A program made the translations under genes and the position numbers. From an uncultured Desulfatitalea sp. (GTDB lineage: Bacteria; Desulfobacterota; Desulfobacteria; Desulfobacterales; Desulfosarcinaceae): a DNA stretch of 64,000 nt. The stretch's first letter is position 1. Each line of letters starts with the position of its first letter. Below are positions 51,976 through 62,030 of this stretch, piece after piece. Location: positions 1,056,001 through 1,120,000 of the forward strand of contig CAXXMB010000002.1 of NCBI GenBank assembly GCA_963668675.2, given 5' to 3'. The notes beneath the pieces are model-generated. The model worked only from the letters and a program-made list of their open reading frames with translations. It was not told the origin of the DNA and ran no database searches.

Positions 51976-53891
51976 GATTCGCCTCCGCTCAATGTGAAAT
52001 AGAAGGTGGTGCCCTTCTCCAGTTCTGACTCTACCCAGATGCGGCCTCTATGCCGCTCGACGATCTTCTTCACAACGGTCAACCCTGCACCGATGCCGCC
52101 GCCAAACTTCTCCCTTCCGTGCAATCTTTGAAAAATATTAAAAATTTTCCCAAAGTGCTCATTTCGAATACCGATGCCGTTATCACGGACATAGAGTCGT
52201 GGAGCTGTCGATCGGCCCATTGGCGACGAATCGTTATGGCTGTTTTGAGGTGTATCGGATGAAATATAACCGATTTCAATCCATTTGTCCTCTTTGTCGC
52301 TATACTTGACCGCGTTGGTCACCAGGTTGAAAAAGACCTCTCCGATCCGGATGCGGTCGCAACTCACCACGGGGAGGCGCTCCGGGATTCGGATGTCAAC
52401 CGTGTTCTCGGTCAACATGTGAGAGATGCGCGCCAGCACCTGTTCGATCAGATCGTTCAGATCGACCGGCTCAATGGCCAGCTCGGTGCGGCCGACACGG
52501 GAGAAGGCCAGCAACGTATCGATCAGCTGATCCTCACGTTCGCAGAGACGGATCAGGGTCTGGAGTTTGTCACGGCCGTCTTCGCCCAACTGCTTGGCAT
52601 AGTCTTCCATCAAGAAACCCGAAAAGTTGGCGATGCCGCGAAGGGGCTCGCGCAGATCGTGTGAAGCGATGTAGGCAAAATCATCCAGTTCACGGTTGCT
52701 CTCCTCCAGGGCCCGATTTCTCAGCTCCAGTTCCACCTGCATCTGGACGTAAGTGGAGATGTCGTCGAGAACCAGCAGGAGATGCGGCTTTGCGTTGATG
52801 AAACATCGGGTCAGCAGGCAGTTGATCCACATCTCCTTGCCGAAACTGCTCGTGGCATGAACCTCATGGCGACGCGATATGCCGTCGGACAGCACCGCAA
52901 CGGCCTGGGCCAGCAGGCCGGTGGCCTCCCAAATTGGTATCTGCCTGAAATTTTGTTGCAGGCACTGGTCGCGGGTGGCGCCGATCATCTTCGCCATGGC
53001 CTCGTTGGCCAGAATGCACCGCCCATCCTCTTCATAGGTGGCAATTCCCAGAGTGGACGCATCGACGATGACCTTGTTCAGCTCTGACGTCTCTTCGATC
53101 CGAGTCTCCAACTGCCGCTGCCACTGCTCTTTCTCCTTGCGATACCCTTCGATCGCCCCCGCCATCTTCTCCATGCTGCGTGCCAGGGCGTCGAACTCGT
53201 CGTTGGAGTAGATGGGAATCTCTTCCACGCTTTTCATACCTGCGATGGTCACCGCAGCCTCTTTGAGCTTCACAACCGGTTCGACCACCGACCGGCGCAG
53301 CATAAAAAAGATAACCAAAAACCCGATCAGGGCGCACAGGATGGTCGCCACGACAGTGGCATTGCGGATCCGGATGCCCGGCTCAAACAGCTCTTCGGCC
53401 GATACGGCATAGATCAGGGTCCACTGCCAGGGAGCGAAGTGATGTCCCACATAGATCTCCGGGCCGTTTACGGTCTCCAGGATGCCCCGGAGATAGTTTT
53501 CCGCATGCCGGGAAGATAGCCTGGCCACGTCGCTCCAGATCCGGGTCCGGTGTTGACTGCCTTTGCGGCTGCAAAAAATCGTGACGCCGGTGGCATCGAT
53601 GACCATGAGATGGCCGGTGCGGTAGTAATTCATTCGGCTTGCGGCCTGAAACGACTCCTGCTGGTAGCGATCAACAAACGAGCCGGTGGCATCCAGGCCG
53701 TGTGTCGTGAGCAACCGATGGGCCTTGGCGACTTGATTCTCCACATAGTCGCGCAGCTCTTTTTCGACACCGTCATACATCGCCTGTTTGAGGCTGCCTG
53801 TGGCCGTGAAGACAGACCAGCCCCCCAATAGGGAGATCACCACGGCCACCATCGGCAGGATCGCAAGGCTTATTTTGTTTTGCAGTCTCAA
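51972..53891 (-). CDS. Membrane sensor histidine kinase (Cache-like, HAMP, PAS, HisKA, HATPase)
   Basis: FAYIASHDLREPLR, NLVTNAVKY, DNGIG, FQRLH, GAGL. TTG start overlaps the upstream stop. Confidence 0.93.
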   Translation of the reverse strand: MRLQNKISLAILPMVAVVISLLGGWSVFTATGSLKQAMYDGVEKELRDYVENQVAKAHRLLTTHGLDATGSFVDRYQQESFQAASRMNYYRTGHLMVIDATGVTIFCSRKGSQHRTRIWSDVARLSSRHAENYLRGILETVNGPEIYVGHHFAPWQWTLIYAVSAEELFEPGIRIRNATVVATILCALIGFLVIFFMLRRSVVEPVVKLKEAAVTIAGMKSVEEIPIYSNDEFDALARSMEKMAGAIEGYRKEKEQWQRQLETRIEETSELNKVIVDASTLGIATYEEDGRCILANEAMAKMIGATRDQCLQQNFRQIPIWEATGLLAQAVAVLSDGISRRHEVHATSSFGKEMWINCLLTRCFINAKPHLLLVLDDISTYVQMQVELELRNRALEESNRELDDFAYIASHDLREPLRGIANFSGFLMEDYAKQLGEDGRDKLQTLIRLCEREDQLIDTLLAFSRVGRTELAIEPVDLNDLIEQVLARISHMLTENTVDIRIPERLPVVSCDRIRIGEVFFNLVTNAVKYSDKEDKWIEIGYISSDTPQNSHNDSSPMGRSTAPRLYVRDNGIGIRNEHFGKIFNIFQRLHGREKFGGGIGAGLTVVKKIVERHRGRIWVESELEKGTTFYFTLSGGES

Positions 53892-54964
53892 GGGGTGTCC
53901 TGTCGATAGACGTTGCGGCCGGCCAGTTCAAGCAGATCGGGCGGCACGACGAACCCCGCCGCCAAGGCCGCCGTCAGGTTGATGCCCAGGTCGAACCGGT
54001 CCGGCGGCGTAGCCGGCAGGCTGCCGGGATCTGCGCCATCCATTACCGCTCGAACCAGAAGGGCCACATCCTCTCCTGTGGCCTGCTCGTTGGGCGACAG
54101 GTGCATGATCGCTCCCAGCCGGACGCTGGCACTTTTCAGCCCCATGATGATGGGCCGAGCCGAGCGGTCCAGCAGCAGTCGCGTATATTCGTTGCTCTCT
54201 CCCAGCGGACCCGACGGCTCCCACCAGAAATCCACCTTCGCCTCGAGTTCCACAATCCCGTCGCGTACCATCTCCAGCATGGCCCCAACCCCTTCACTCA
54301 TATGGCCGTATGGCACTTGACGCGGGATAATGTTCACGTCATCACGTCCCTGGACGGCCGCCTTCAGCTCCCTGATGTCGCCCATGGCCGATGGATAGGT
54401 CGAGTGGATAAAACCGATCCGGACCGGGCGATGGGCAATCGCATCGCCGATCAGTTGCATCATGATGCCGATGCGCGTCTCACGGTTGATGGCATGCACT
54501 TTACCGGTGATGTAGCGACCGCCAGGGTGGCCAATCTGCTCGATCAGCCCAGCGCCCACCGGGTCCGAAACGGTCATGAAGACCAATGGTATCCCCAACC
54601 CAGCCAGTACTCTGTCCGCGGTTTTAGATGCCAGGGTGGCGTTGCTCACCACCACATCGGGTCGGCCATCCGCCAAGGCTTTCCGCAACAAATCCTCGGC
54701 CCGTCCCCAATCTCCCTCCGCGTTATACTCCTCCAGTTCCAGCGACCACCCTTCGTCAGCAGCGATCTTCTGCATGGACTTGGCGAACCAGCGGCTGTGG
54801 GACTGGACCGCCGGCACGGACATGCTTTCGAGCAGTACGATCCGCTTGATTTCAGCCGCCGCGCCACCCACAATAACGAGCAGGGAGATCGACATGAGCA
54901 GAAGCATAAGGCATCGCGTGCCCTCGAATCTCCATGAAACTGGCCAGGGGTGACAAACAGGCAT
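53888..54964 (-). CDS. Periplasmic ABC-type substrate-binding protein (ABC_sub_bind-like), probable sensor partner of the kinase
   Basis: Signal-like hydrophobic stretch, IPLVFMTVSDPVGAGLI, ITG, INL.AA...G. No ABC permease adjacent. Start uncertain. Confidence 0.8.
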   Translation of the reverse strand: MPVCHPWPVSWRFEGTRCLMLLLMSISLLVIVGGAAAEIKRIVLLESMSVPAVQSHSRWFAKSMQKIAADEGWSLELEEYNAEGDWGRAEDLLRKALADGRPDVVVSNATLASKTADRVLAGLGIPLVFMTVSDPVGAGLIEQIGHPGGRYITGKVHAINRETRIGIMMQLIGDAIAHRPVRIGFIHSTYPSAMGDIRELKAAVQGRDDVNIIPRQVPYGHMSEGVGAMLEMVRDGIVELEAKVDFWWEPSGPLGESNEYTRLLLDRSARPIIMGLKSASVRLGAIMHLSPNEQATGEDVALLVRAVMDGADPGSLPATPPDRFDLGINLTAALAAGFVVPPDLLELAGRNVYRQDTP

Positions 54965-55175
54965 TATCTCATCTCCAAAACGGGTATCTGGACATCAGAT
55001 GGTTTATCGGTCGAATCGTTGGATTTCTTTAGAATTTCGGTCCAATGGGGGTGACCAGCGAAGATGCACCGCAGGCCGCGTGTTACATTTCGCAACGGGG
55101 CTGGTGGGAAAAACGCGTCAGCAGCAATGCAAAGGGGCAATGTAAAAAGAACTAATCACATGAAAACACAGGTAA

Positions 55176-56318
55176 TTAATAACCCCCTAACCGTTGGACC
55201 GCCGCGACGACCACCTCGGCAGCCCGATCGATCTCCTCGCTTGAGGTGGTGCGCCCCACTGAGAAGCGCAGGGTACCCTTTGCCCACTCCAGGGGCACCT
55301 GCATCGCTTCAAGCACATGCGAAAGGGAGACCGTATCGGCATGACAGGCGGCACCGGCCGAAGCGGCCACCTCCAACCCGATCTCTTCCAGAATGCGGTT
55401 GGCCTCCATCTCCTTGAAGGAGATGCTGAGGGTGTTGGGCAGACGCCGCTCGGCATGGCCATTGAGGCGCACATCGGTCAGCGCCCCGGCGATGCAATGG
55501 TGCAACTGGTCCCGCTTGGCCGCCATATGGTCCATGTTGGCCATCAGGTCACGGGCCGCAATCTCACACGCCTTGCCCAACCCCACGATCTCCAGCACAT
55601 TCTCCGTCCCGGCGCGCCAGCCGCGCTCCTGGCCGGCGCCATGGCAAAACTTCTCCGGCTGCAGCTCCCGTCGCACATAGAGAGCGCCGATACCTTTAGG
55701 CGCATAGAGTTTATGGCCGGCCACAGAGAGCATATCCACATCCATGGCCTGGACGTCGGCCGGAATTTTACCCAGAGACTGGGCCGCATCCGTGTGCACC
55801 AGGACACCCCGGCGGTGAGCCAGTGCCGCAATCTCGGCAATGGGCTGCACGGTCCCCACTTCGTTGTTGGCGTGCATGATGGAGACAAGAATCGTATCGG
55901 ATCGGATCACCTTCTCCACATCGTCCGGATCCACCATGCCCTGGCTGTCCACCGGGACATAGGTGGTTTCGAACCCCTCCCCCTCCAAGAAACGGCACAC
56001 TTCCAGAACGGCCGGGTGTTCGAAGTTGCTGGTCACGATATGCCGCCCCTTATGCTTCAACGTCCGGGCCATGCCTTTGATGGCGTGGTTGTTGGACTCG
56101 GTGCCGCCCGATGTGAAGAAAATTTCAGTGGCTTGGCAATTGATCAGACCGGCCACCTGGCGCCGGGCCGCTTCGACAGCCTGTTTGGGTTTGATGCCGT
56201 ACCAGTGGGAACTGGAGGGGTTGCCGAATTCCGTCTCCAAAAACGGCCGCATGGCAGCAATCACCTCGGGATCGTGCGGTGTGGTGCCGTTGTAGTCGAG
56301 GTAGATGGGCTGGACCAC
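55176..56318 (-). CDS. Cysteine desulfurase / selenocysteine lyase-like PLP enzyme (class V aminotransferase)
   Basis: IYLDYNGTTP, FTSGGTESNN, HANNEVG, HTDAAQ, GHKLYAPKG (PLP Lys), RAGTEN, SAGAACH. Confidence 0.92.
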   Translation of the reverse strand: MVQPIYLDYNGTTPHDPEVIAAMRPFLETEFGNPSSSHWYGIKPKQAVEAARRQVAGLINCQATEIFFTSGGTESNNHAIKGMARTLKHKGRHIVTSNFEHPAVLEVCRFLEGEGFETTYVPVDSQGMVDPDDVEKVIRSDTILVSIMHANNEVGTVQPIAEIAALAHRRGVLVHTDAAQSLGKIPADVQAMDVDMLSVAGHKLYAPKGIGALYVRRELQPEKFCHGAGQERGWRAGTENVLEIVGLGKACEIAARDLMANMDHMAAKRDQLHHCIAGALTDVRLNGHAERRLPNTLSISFKEMEANRILEEIGLEVAASAGAACHADTVSLSHVLEAMQVPLEWAKGTLRFSVGRTTSSEEIDRAAEVVVAAVQRLGGY

Positions 56319-56444
56319 TGGATCCTCCTCTCAAACGATTGGCAATCTATTGTTTTTCTTGGTAGAAAGGATACATTGAATCGAATGTACCAGAGTCCGG
56401 CCGGAAATGGTAGCGCCTGTCGTATGAAAAAGTGACCGTTTTGC

Positions 56445-57551
56445 TTAAGATGGCACTTCACTGCCCCAGGGGCGTTGGCGGGCCGCCACCGGAGAAACCC
56501 CTACGCTCTTGATCAAAGCAAACACGCTCTGGCCCGGCATTAGATTCAAATCACGCAAGGCACGCTGTGTGATCCTGGCCGGCAGGGCGCAACCGATGTA
56601 CATACTGACCTCGGCCAGCCCCTCTCCACTCTCCATGATAGTATCAATCCTGGCGGGCAGAATATTCTGGAAGCTGCTGCGCTTGGGACGGTCCAGAGAG
56701 ATGGCCACATGCCTGGCGGGTATAAAAATTCTCAGAAAGTGGCCGGGCGTCCAATCGCCACGCGGCACCCTCAGCGTCCCCCCTGCAAATTTTAAAATCG
56801 TCAGATCCTGTTCATGGCCCTCAACGACGGTGTTGAACAGGGCGCCGTTCTCCAGTCCAGGGACCAGGCGATGCAGCTCGAGGTCTGCGACCAGCGTCTC
56901 CAGGCCTGCCGCGGCAGTCACCCTGCCTTCACCGACAATCAAGAGGGTGTCGGCCAGGGCCACAATCTCGTCCCATGCGTGACTGACATAGAGAATCGGG
57001 ACGGTATATTCGTCCCCCAGGCGGGCGATGAACGGCAAAAGTTCTGCTTTGCGCGCCGTGTCGAGGGCAGCCAGGGGTTCGTCCATCAGCAGCAGTTCGG
57101 GGCTGGTGAGCAGGGCCCGGCCGATGGCCACCCGCTGTTTCTCTCCACCGGAGAGGGTGGCAGGGCGCCGGGCAAGCAGATGATCGATGCCCAGCAGGCG
57201 GATCACCTGTTGCGGATCGACATAGCGCTGGCAGGGCGTTACGCGATGCATGCCGTAGGTGAGATTGTCGTAAACCGAAAGGTGGGGAAAGAGACGGCCG
57301 TCCTGAAATACGTAACCGATACGCCGGCGCTCGGGGGGCAGGTCGATGCCGCGATCCACATCAAAGAGGCAGCGCTCATTGACCATGATGGCTCCCCGGT
57401 CCGGTCGCAGGAGCCCGGCCACCATATTGATCATGGAGGTCTTGCCTGCCCCCGAAGGGCCGAACAGCGCGGTGACGCCTTTCGCAGGCAGATCGAAAGA
57501 AGCCTCTACGGAGAAGTGCCCCAGCGCTTTGGCAACGGTCACAGTGATCAT
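56445..57551 (-). CDS. modC: Molybdate ABC transporter ATP-binding protein
   Basis: GPSGAGKT, GYVFQD, LSGGEKQR, LMDEP, C-terminal TOBE-like region (FALIKSV). ATG 57551 overlaps the modB stop. Confidence 0.93.
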   Translation of the reverse strand: MITVTVAKALGHFSVEASFDLPAKGVTALFGPSGAGKTSMINMVAGLLRPDRGAIMVNERCLFDVDRGIDLPPERRRIGYVFQDGRLFPHLSVYDNLTYGMHRVTPCQRYVDPQQVIRLLGIDHLLARRPATLSGGEKQRVAIGRALLTSPELLLMDEPLAALDTARKAELLPFIARLGDEYTVPILYVSHAWDEIVALADTLLIVGEGRVTAAAGLETLVADLELHRLVPGLENGALFNTVVEGHEQDLTILKFAGGTLRVPRGDWTPGHFLRIFIPARHVAISLDRPKRSSFQNILPARIDTIMESGEGLAEVSMYIGCALPARITQRALRDLNLMPGQSVFALIKSVGVSPVAARQRPWGSEVPS

Positions 57552-58255
57552 CGCTCCCCCCGTAGCCGTCTCGAAAAGCGCCGCGACAACACCTCCGAGG
57601 CGATCACCGCCGCCATGGCAATCACTATCGAAATCACACAAAGACGCATCGCGCCCCCTTCGCCGCCGGGCACCTGGGTCAGGGTGTAGAGGGCCAGGGG
57701 CAAGGTCTGGGTTTCGCCGACGATGTTGGAGACAAAGGTGATGGTGGCGCCGAACTCCCCCAAACTTCGGGCAAAAGCGAGCAGCAGGCCGGCAATGATA
57801 CCGGGTGTGATCAACGGAAGGGTGATGGTGAAAAAGACACGCAGCGGACCGGCGCCCAAGGTTCGGGCGGCCACCTCGATTCTCGGATCCACGCCCTCCA
57901 AGGAGAGACGCAGGGCGCGTACCAGCAGCGGGAAGGCCATGGTGGCGGCGGCAAAGGCGGCCCCTTTCCAGTTGAAGGCCAGCGTAATCCCCAGATGGCT
58001 GTATAGCCAAGCACCGACAATACCGTTGCGGCCCATGAGGACCAGCAGCAGATACCCGATCACCACAGGCGGCAGGACGAGGGGCAGATGAATGAAGCCG
58101 TCCAGCAGGGCTTTGCCGGGAAAATCGGTCCTGGCTAACAGCCAGGCAACGGCAATGCCGACCGGAAGGCTGCAGACAACGGCCCAGCCGGAGACCCACA
58201 GGCTTAACCGCAGCGCTTCGATCTCAACCGGGGTCAACATCCAGGCGGGCATCAC
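57548..58255 (-). CDS. modB: Molybdate ABC transporter permease
   Basis: HLPLVLPPVVIGYLLL, EVAARTLGA, FARSLGEFGAT. Confidence 0.95.
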   Translation of the reverse strand: MMPAWMLTPVEIEALRLSLWVSGWAVVCSLPVGIAVAWLLARTDFPGKALLDGFIHLPLVLPPVVIGYLLLVLMGRNGIVGAWLYSHLGITLAFNWKGAAFAAATMAFPLLVRALRLSLEGVDPRIEVAARTLGAGPLRVFFTITLPLITPGIIAGLLLAFARSLGEFGATITFVSNIVGETQTLPLALYTLTQVPGGEGGAMRLCVISIVIAMAAVIASEVLSRRFSRRLRGER

Positions 58256-59073
58256 CGAACCGTAAAGCCGGCACGCTCGAAAACGGCCCTGGCTTGGGGC
58301 CCCTGCAGAAAGACCAGGAAGCGTTCGGCCGGCGGCGATGTGCGACCGGCAACGATCGCTGCGGGATAGACGATGGCCGGGTGGCTCTCCTCGGGGAAGC
58401 GGGCGACGATCTTCACCTTTTTCGAGATGGCCGCATCAGTGGCGTAGACCACACCCAGGGGGGTCTCTCTGCGCTCGACCATGGCCAGGGCCGCACGCAC
58501 GGTCTGGGCGCGGGCGACGCTGCGCTCCAGGGATGCCCAGACACCCAGGGTTGCCAGGGCGGCCTTGCCGTACCGTCCGGCCGGCACATGGTCCGGATCG
58601 CCCATGGCGAGGCGACTGTCACCCAATATCGTTTTCAAATCGCACTCGGGGGAGAGGGAGACGGCGTTGACACTACTGTCCGACGGCGCAATTAACACGA
58701 TGCGGTTGCCCAACAGGTCGATGCGCGTGCCGGTGTCGATACGCCCTTTGTCGGCCAGATAATCCATCCATTTGCGGTCTGCACTGATGTAAACATCAGC
58801 GGGTGCGCCGTTGGCGATCTGTTTGGCCAGGGTCGATGACGCGGCAAACGAGCAGACCGCATGCCACGGTCCCTTATCGTTGAAGAGACGCGCAATCTCG
58901 GACGTCACATTGGTCGTCGAGGCCGCCGCAAATATGGTGATGGATTTAGGTGAATCTCCCAACGAACAGGCAGGTACGGTCAATAAGGAAAAGATCATTC
59001 CCAGACACAGCGTTAGCATAACCGAAGCACTTCTTACGCTTCTCCCCACACCACTAATCGATGGTATCGTCAT
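58252..59073 (-). CDS. modA: Molybdate ABC transporter substrate-binding protein
   Basis: FAAAS, FAASSTLAKQI..GAPADVYISA, HVPAGRYG, VYATDA. Confidence 0.93.
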   Translation of the reverse strand: MTIPSISGVGRSVRSASVMLTLCLGMIFSLLTVPACSLGDSPKSITIFAAASTTNVTSEIARLFNDKGPWHAVCSFAASSTLAKQIANGAPADVYISADRKWMDYLADKGRIDTGTRIDLLGNRIVLIAPSDSSVNAVSLSPECDLKTILGDSRLAMGDPDHVPAGRYGKAALATLGVWASLERSVARAQTVRAALAMVERRETPLGVVYATDAAISKKVKIVARFPEESHPAIVYPAAIVAGRTSPPAERFLVFLQGPQARAVFERAGFTVR

Positions 59074-59217
59074 TTAATCGCTCCTTGACACTAATGCCAT
59101 ACCCTTTTCAACTATATGCTTCAACTTCCGGTTTCATTTAATCCACATAAGGGGGCGCAGACCTCCCACTGGACGCGCCGGATCAATCGTTTTAAATTTT
59201 TATCATTGCAATTCGCC

Positions 59218-61989
59218 TCAAACGGAAATTTTATCAATCCGCACAGCACACGCCTTGTACTCCGCGGTCATGGTAATACCGTCAAACGCAGCGTTGGTAA
59301 GCCAGTTGGCATTGGCCTCCCTGAAGTGAAACGCCATCCAGACCATCCCCTTGGGCACCTCGCTGGTGACGTTGGCTTTGACGTTGACCTCTCCTCGCCG
59401 GGAGGCAACCCGGACCATCTCTCCATGTTCGATCTCCAGGGACTTCGCATCCACCGGCGAGATATCGGCCGTCTCCTCGCCAAGGATATCGTTGAGCCCC
59501 TCGCACCGGCCGGTCTGGGTACGGGTGTGGTAGTGAGTCAAGCGGCGACCGGTGCTGAGCACCAGCGGGTATGTTTCATCCGGCACCTCGGCCGGCGGCG
59601 TCCACTCAGCCGGCGTGAAGACACCCAGGCCGCAGGTGAACTGGCCATCCTTGTGTAAGAAGCAGGTGCCGGGATGATTTTCGTCAGGGCAAGGCCACTG
59701 CAACCCGTCGCCCTCTAATCGATGGTACTTGATGCCGCACATCTGGGGCGCCAGCACCGATATCTCGTCGTCCCAAATCTCCTGCCCGCTGTCTGCGGAC
59801 CAGTCATGTCCCCACCGCTTGGCGATCTGCTTGAAAATCAACCAGTTGGGCATGGCATCGCCCGGCGCCTGGCTGGCTGTGCGCACCCGGCTGACCCGTC
59901 GCTCGCTGTTTGTAAAGGTGCCCTCGTTTTCACTCCAGGCCGCCGCCGGCAGCACCACATGGGCAAAGCGGGTGGTCTCATTGAGGAAGATGTCCTGCAC
60001 CACCAGAAACTCGGCCGAGGCCAGTTCATGCTCCACCTTGCGGATGTCCGGTTCGGTGTTGGCCAGGTTCTCGCCGAAGATGTAGAAACCGCGCACCTTG
60101 CCGTCGACCAGCCCCTCCATCATCTGGGGGATCATCAACCCGTTGGCCGCAGGCAGGTTCTCCACGCCCCACGCTTTTTCGAACTTCTGCCGCAAGGCCA
60201 AGTCGCCCACCTTCTGGTAACCGGGGAACACATTCGGCAGCGCTCCCATGTCACAGGCGCCCTGGACATTGTTCTGGCCGCGCAGCGGATTGACCCCGCC
60301 GCACTCGACGCCCATGTTGCCCAGCAGCATCTGCAGGTTGGCAACGCTCATCACGTTGCGCGTGCCGCAAGTGTGTTCGGTGATGCCCAACGTGTAGCAA
60401 AGCATCATCGGTTTGACCGAAGAGATTCGCCGGGCCACATCCCGGATCATGTCGGCGGAGATACCGCAGATATCGGCGGCGTACTCCGGCGTATAGGGCA
60501 GAACGGTCTCGGCCAGCTTGTCGAAATCCACGGTGCACGAAGCGACAAATGATTTGTCGTACCACCCCTCTGAAATCAATACGTGCATCAACCCGTTGAG
60601 GAAGGCGATGTCGCTGCCCACCCGGATGGGGACGTGCAGGTCGGCAAAATCGACCAGCTTGTGCCGCCGTGGATCTACGACGATGAGTTTGGCCCCCTTC
60701 AAGACGGCGTTCTTGACGAATGTCGAAGCCACTGGATGGGCCTCGGTCATGTTCGAGCCGATCACCATGAACATCTTTGCCCGTGAAAACTCGTTGAACG
60801 AGTTGGTCATGGCCCCTGAACCGAATGTGGTCGCCAGCCCGGCGACAGTAGGAGCATGTCAAGTGCGGGCACAATGGTCGATGTTGTTGGTCTTGAACAC
60901 CGCTCGGAAGAGCTTCTGCATCTGATAGGAGTCTTCATTGATGCTGCGGGCACAACTCACACCGGCCACCGCATCGGGACCACTGGCATCGATGATCTCT
61001 TTGAACCTCGAAGCCACCAGATCGAGCGCCTCGTCCCAGGAGGCCTCGCGGAAGTCATCCCCCTCCCTGATCAGCGGCGTCTTGAGACGATCTTCCGAGT
61101 AGATGAAGTCGTAGCCGAAACGGCCCTTCACGCACAAACGCCCCTGGTTGGGCTCGGCCTCCTCCACGCCGGTCACCTTGACGATGCGCCCATCCTGAAC
61201 GTGCAGCAACTGCTGACAGCCGACACCGCAATACGGACAGGTGGTGCGCACCGTGGTCTCTTTCCACGGCCGCCACTGGTAGCGCGACTTCTTCTCAACC
61301 AAAGCGCCCACCGGACAGGCCTGGATGCACTCGCCGCAGAAGACACACTCCGAGTCGATCAGGGGCCGATCGCCGGCTGCCACGATTTTGCTCTCCACGC
61401 CGCGGTAGCCGTGACTGATGGCCCGGTTGACCTGCACTTCGTTGCATGCCTGTACACATCGTCCACACAGGATGCAGCGTGAAAAATCCCGAACGATCAG
61501 CGGATTGGCCATCTCCGTCGGATAGGCGCCCGGTTCCGGAATAAAGCGGTCTCCTTTGACCTGGTAGCGAAAGGCGAGATCCTGAAGTTTGCAATCACCC
61601 CAAACCGGGCAGAGATCCCCAGAGCCGTCGTTGGCCTGCACGGCCAATTGGAAATCGGTCCACTCCCCTTGACCGTCGTGGTTGATTGCGCAGTTGTGGT
61701 TGCCCGACGCGATCAGCAGTTCGAGAACCATGCGCCGGGCCTCGACGACCTTGGGAGATTCCGTCTGCACCACCATGCCAGCGGCTGCGGGCGTGCTGCA
61801 AGCGGTCTGCAACGTGCGGGCGCCCTCAACCTCGACCAGGCAGACGCGGCAGGCACCGGTAGGGGTCGCTCCCTTCAGGTGGCACAGGGTGGGAATCCAT
61901 ATGTCCACGGCCTGCGCCGCCTCCAGGATGGTCTGGCCCGGGGTAAACGAAACGGTGTGCCCATTGATCATCATTTGGTTTTGGTCCAT
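59218..61989 (-). CDS. fdhA: Selenocysteine-containing formate dehydrogenase alpha subunit (NuoG-like Fe-S N-terminus, cytoplasmic type); Sec TGA at 60859-60861
   Basis: ORFs 60859-62034 and 59218-60810 are in one frame, joined as NNIDHCART-U-HAPTVAGLATTFGSGAMTN. Also CPYCGVGC, LRGQNNVQGACDMG and N-terminal 2Fe-2S/4Fe-4S motifs. RBS before ATG 61989. Confidence 0.93.
60830..60846 (-). promoter_or_regulatory. Bacterial SECIS-like hairpin
   Basis: GTCGCC-GGGCT-GGCGAC stem-loop starting 12 nt 3' of the in-frame TGA, with G-rich apical loop. Confidence 0.75.
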
Positions 61990-62030
61990 CTTAACCCCTT
62001 TTTCTCTTTGCTGGCCGTAGGAAGCGGCGG

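Noticed and set aside
56445..58199. 584-aa ORF suggesting an N-terminally extended ModC
   Set aside because: The extension overlaps modB in another frame; the real start is ATG 57551 with a GGAG RBS
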